This document shows, piece by piece, positions 47,046-47,047 of a DNA stretch of 47,047 bases. The notes beneath the pieces were generated by a model. It searched no databases. It was not told the DNA's origin and worked only from the letters and a program-made list of their open reading frames with translations. The first letter of the stretch is position 1. Each line of letters starts with the position of its first letter. Source of the stretch: a phage; sequence record OZ335955.1, one strand, 5' to 3'. A program made the translations under genes and the position numbers.

Positions 47046-47047
47046 TC

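Overview
This 47,047-bp window reads as a complete or near-complete genome of a tailed dsDNA phage with a long non-contractile tail (siphovirus-type), probably infecting an enterobacterium (lambda R-type endolysin, E. coli-like SSB and a DnaN-derived gene). The sequence is linearised at the start codon of the terminase large subunit. All calls come from reading the sequence and remembered family signatures; no search or computation was run. Rightward arm: terL, portal, a homing-endonuclease-like gene, Mu F-like head morphogenesis protein, a lysis cassette (truncated lysozyme remnant, lambda R-type endolysin, holin candidate, Rz with embedded Rz1), scaffold, major capsid, neck proteins, tRNA-Arg(UCU) and tRNA-Ser(GCU), major tail protein, tail chaperone, tape measure, gpM/L/K-like proteins, tail tip protein and a tail fibre with a C-terminal intramolecular chaperone domain. 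Leftward arm (34.4-43.8 kb): SSB, RecA-like ATPase, PD-(D/E)XK exonuclease, VRR-NUC, SF2 helicase, primase and a DUF3987-like protein, next to an iteron-rich AT-rich putative origin. I did not recognise an integrase, repressor or CRISPR array, so the phage is probably virulent. I found no single obviously novel multi-gene defence system. The strongest candidates for new biology are: (1) a truncated beta-sliding-clamp (DnaN domain II-III) homologue in a minus-strand accessory operon with a ParB-like nuclease and a Lar-like zinc-ribbon protein; (2) a second Lar-like anti-restriction candidate; (3) a minus-strand moron cassette with a superinfection-immunity-family membrane protein between the major tail and chaperone genes; (4) a lysozyme remnant indicating endolysin replacement; (5) a conserved promoter/operator family (TTGACGTAGATT ... 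ATCTACATCA) in at least nine intergenic regions; (6) several frameshift-split genes at homopolymer tracts or direct repeats.
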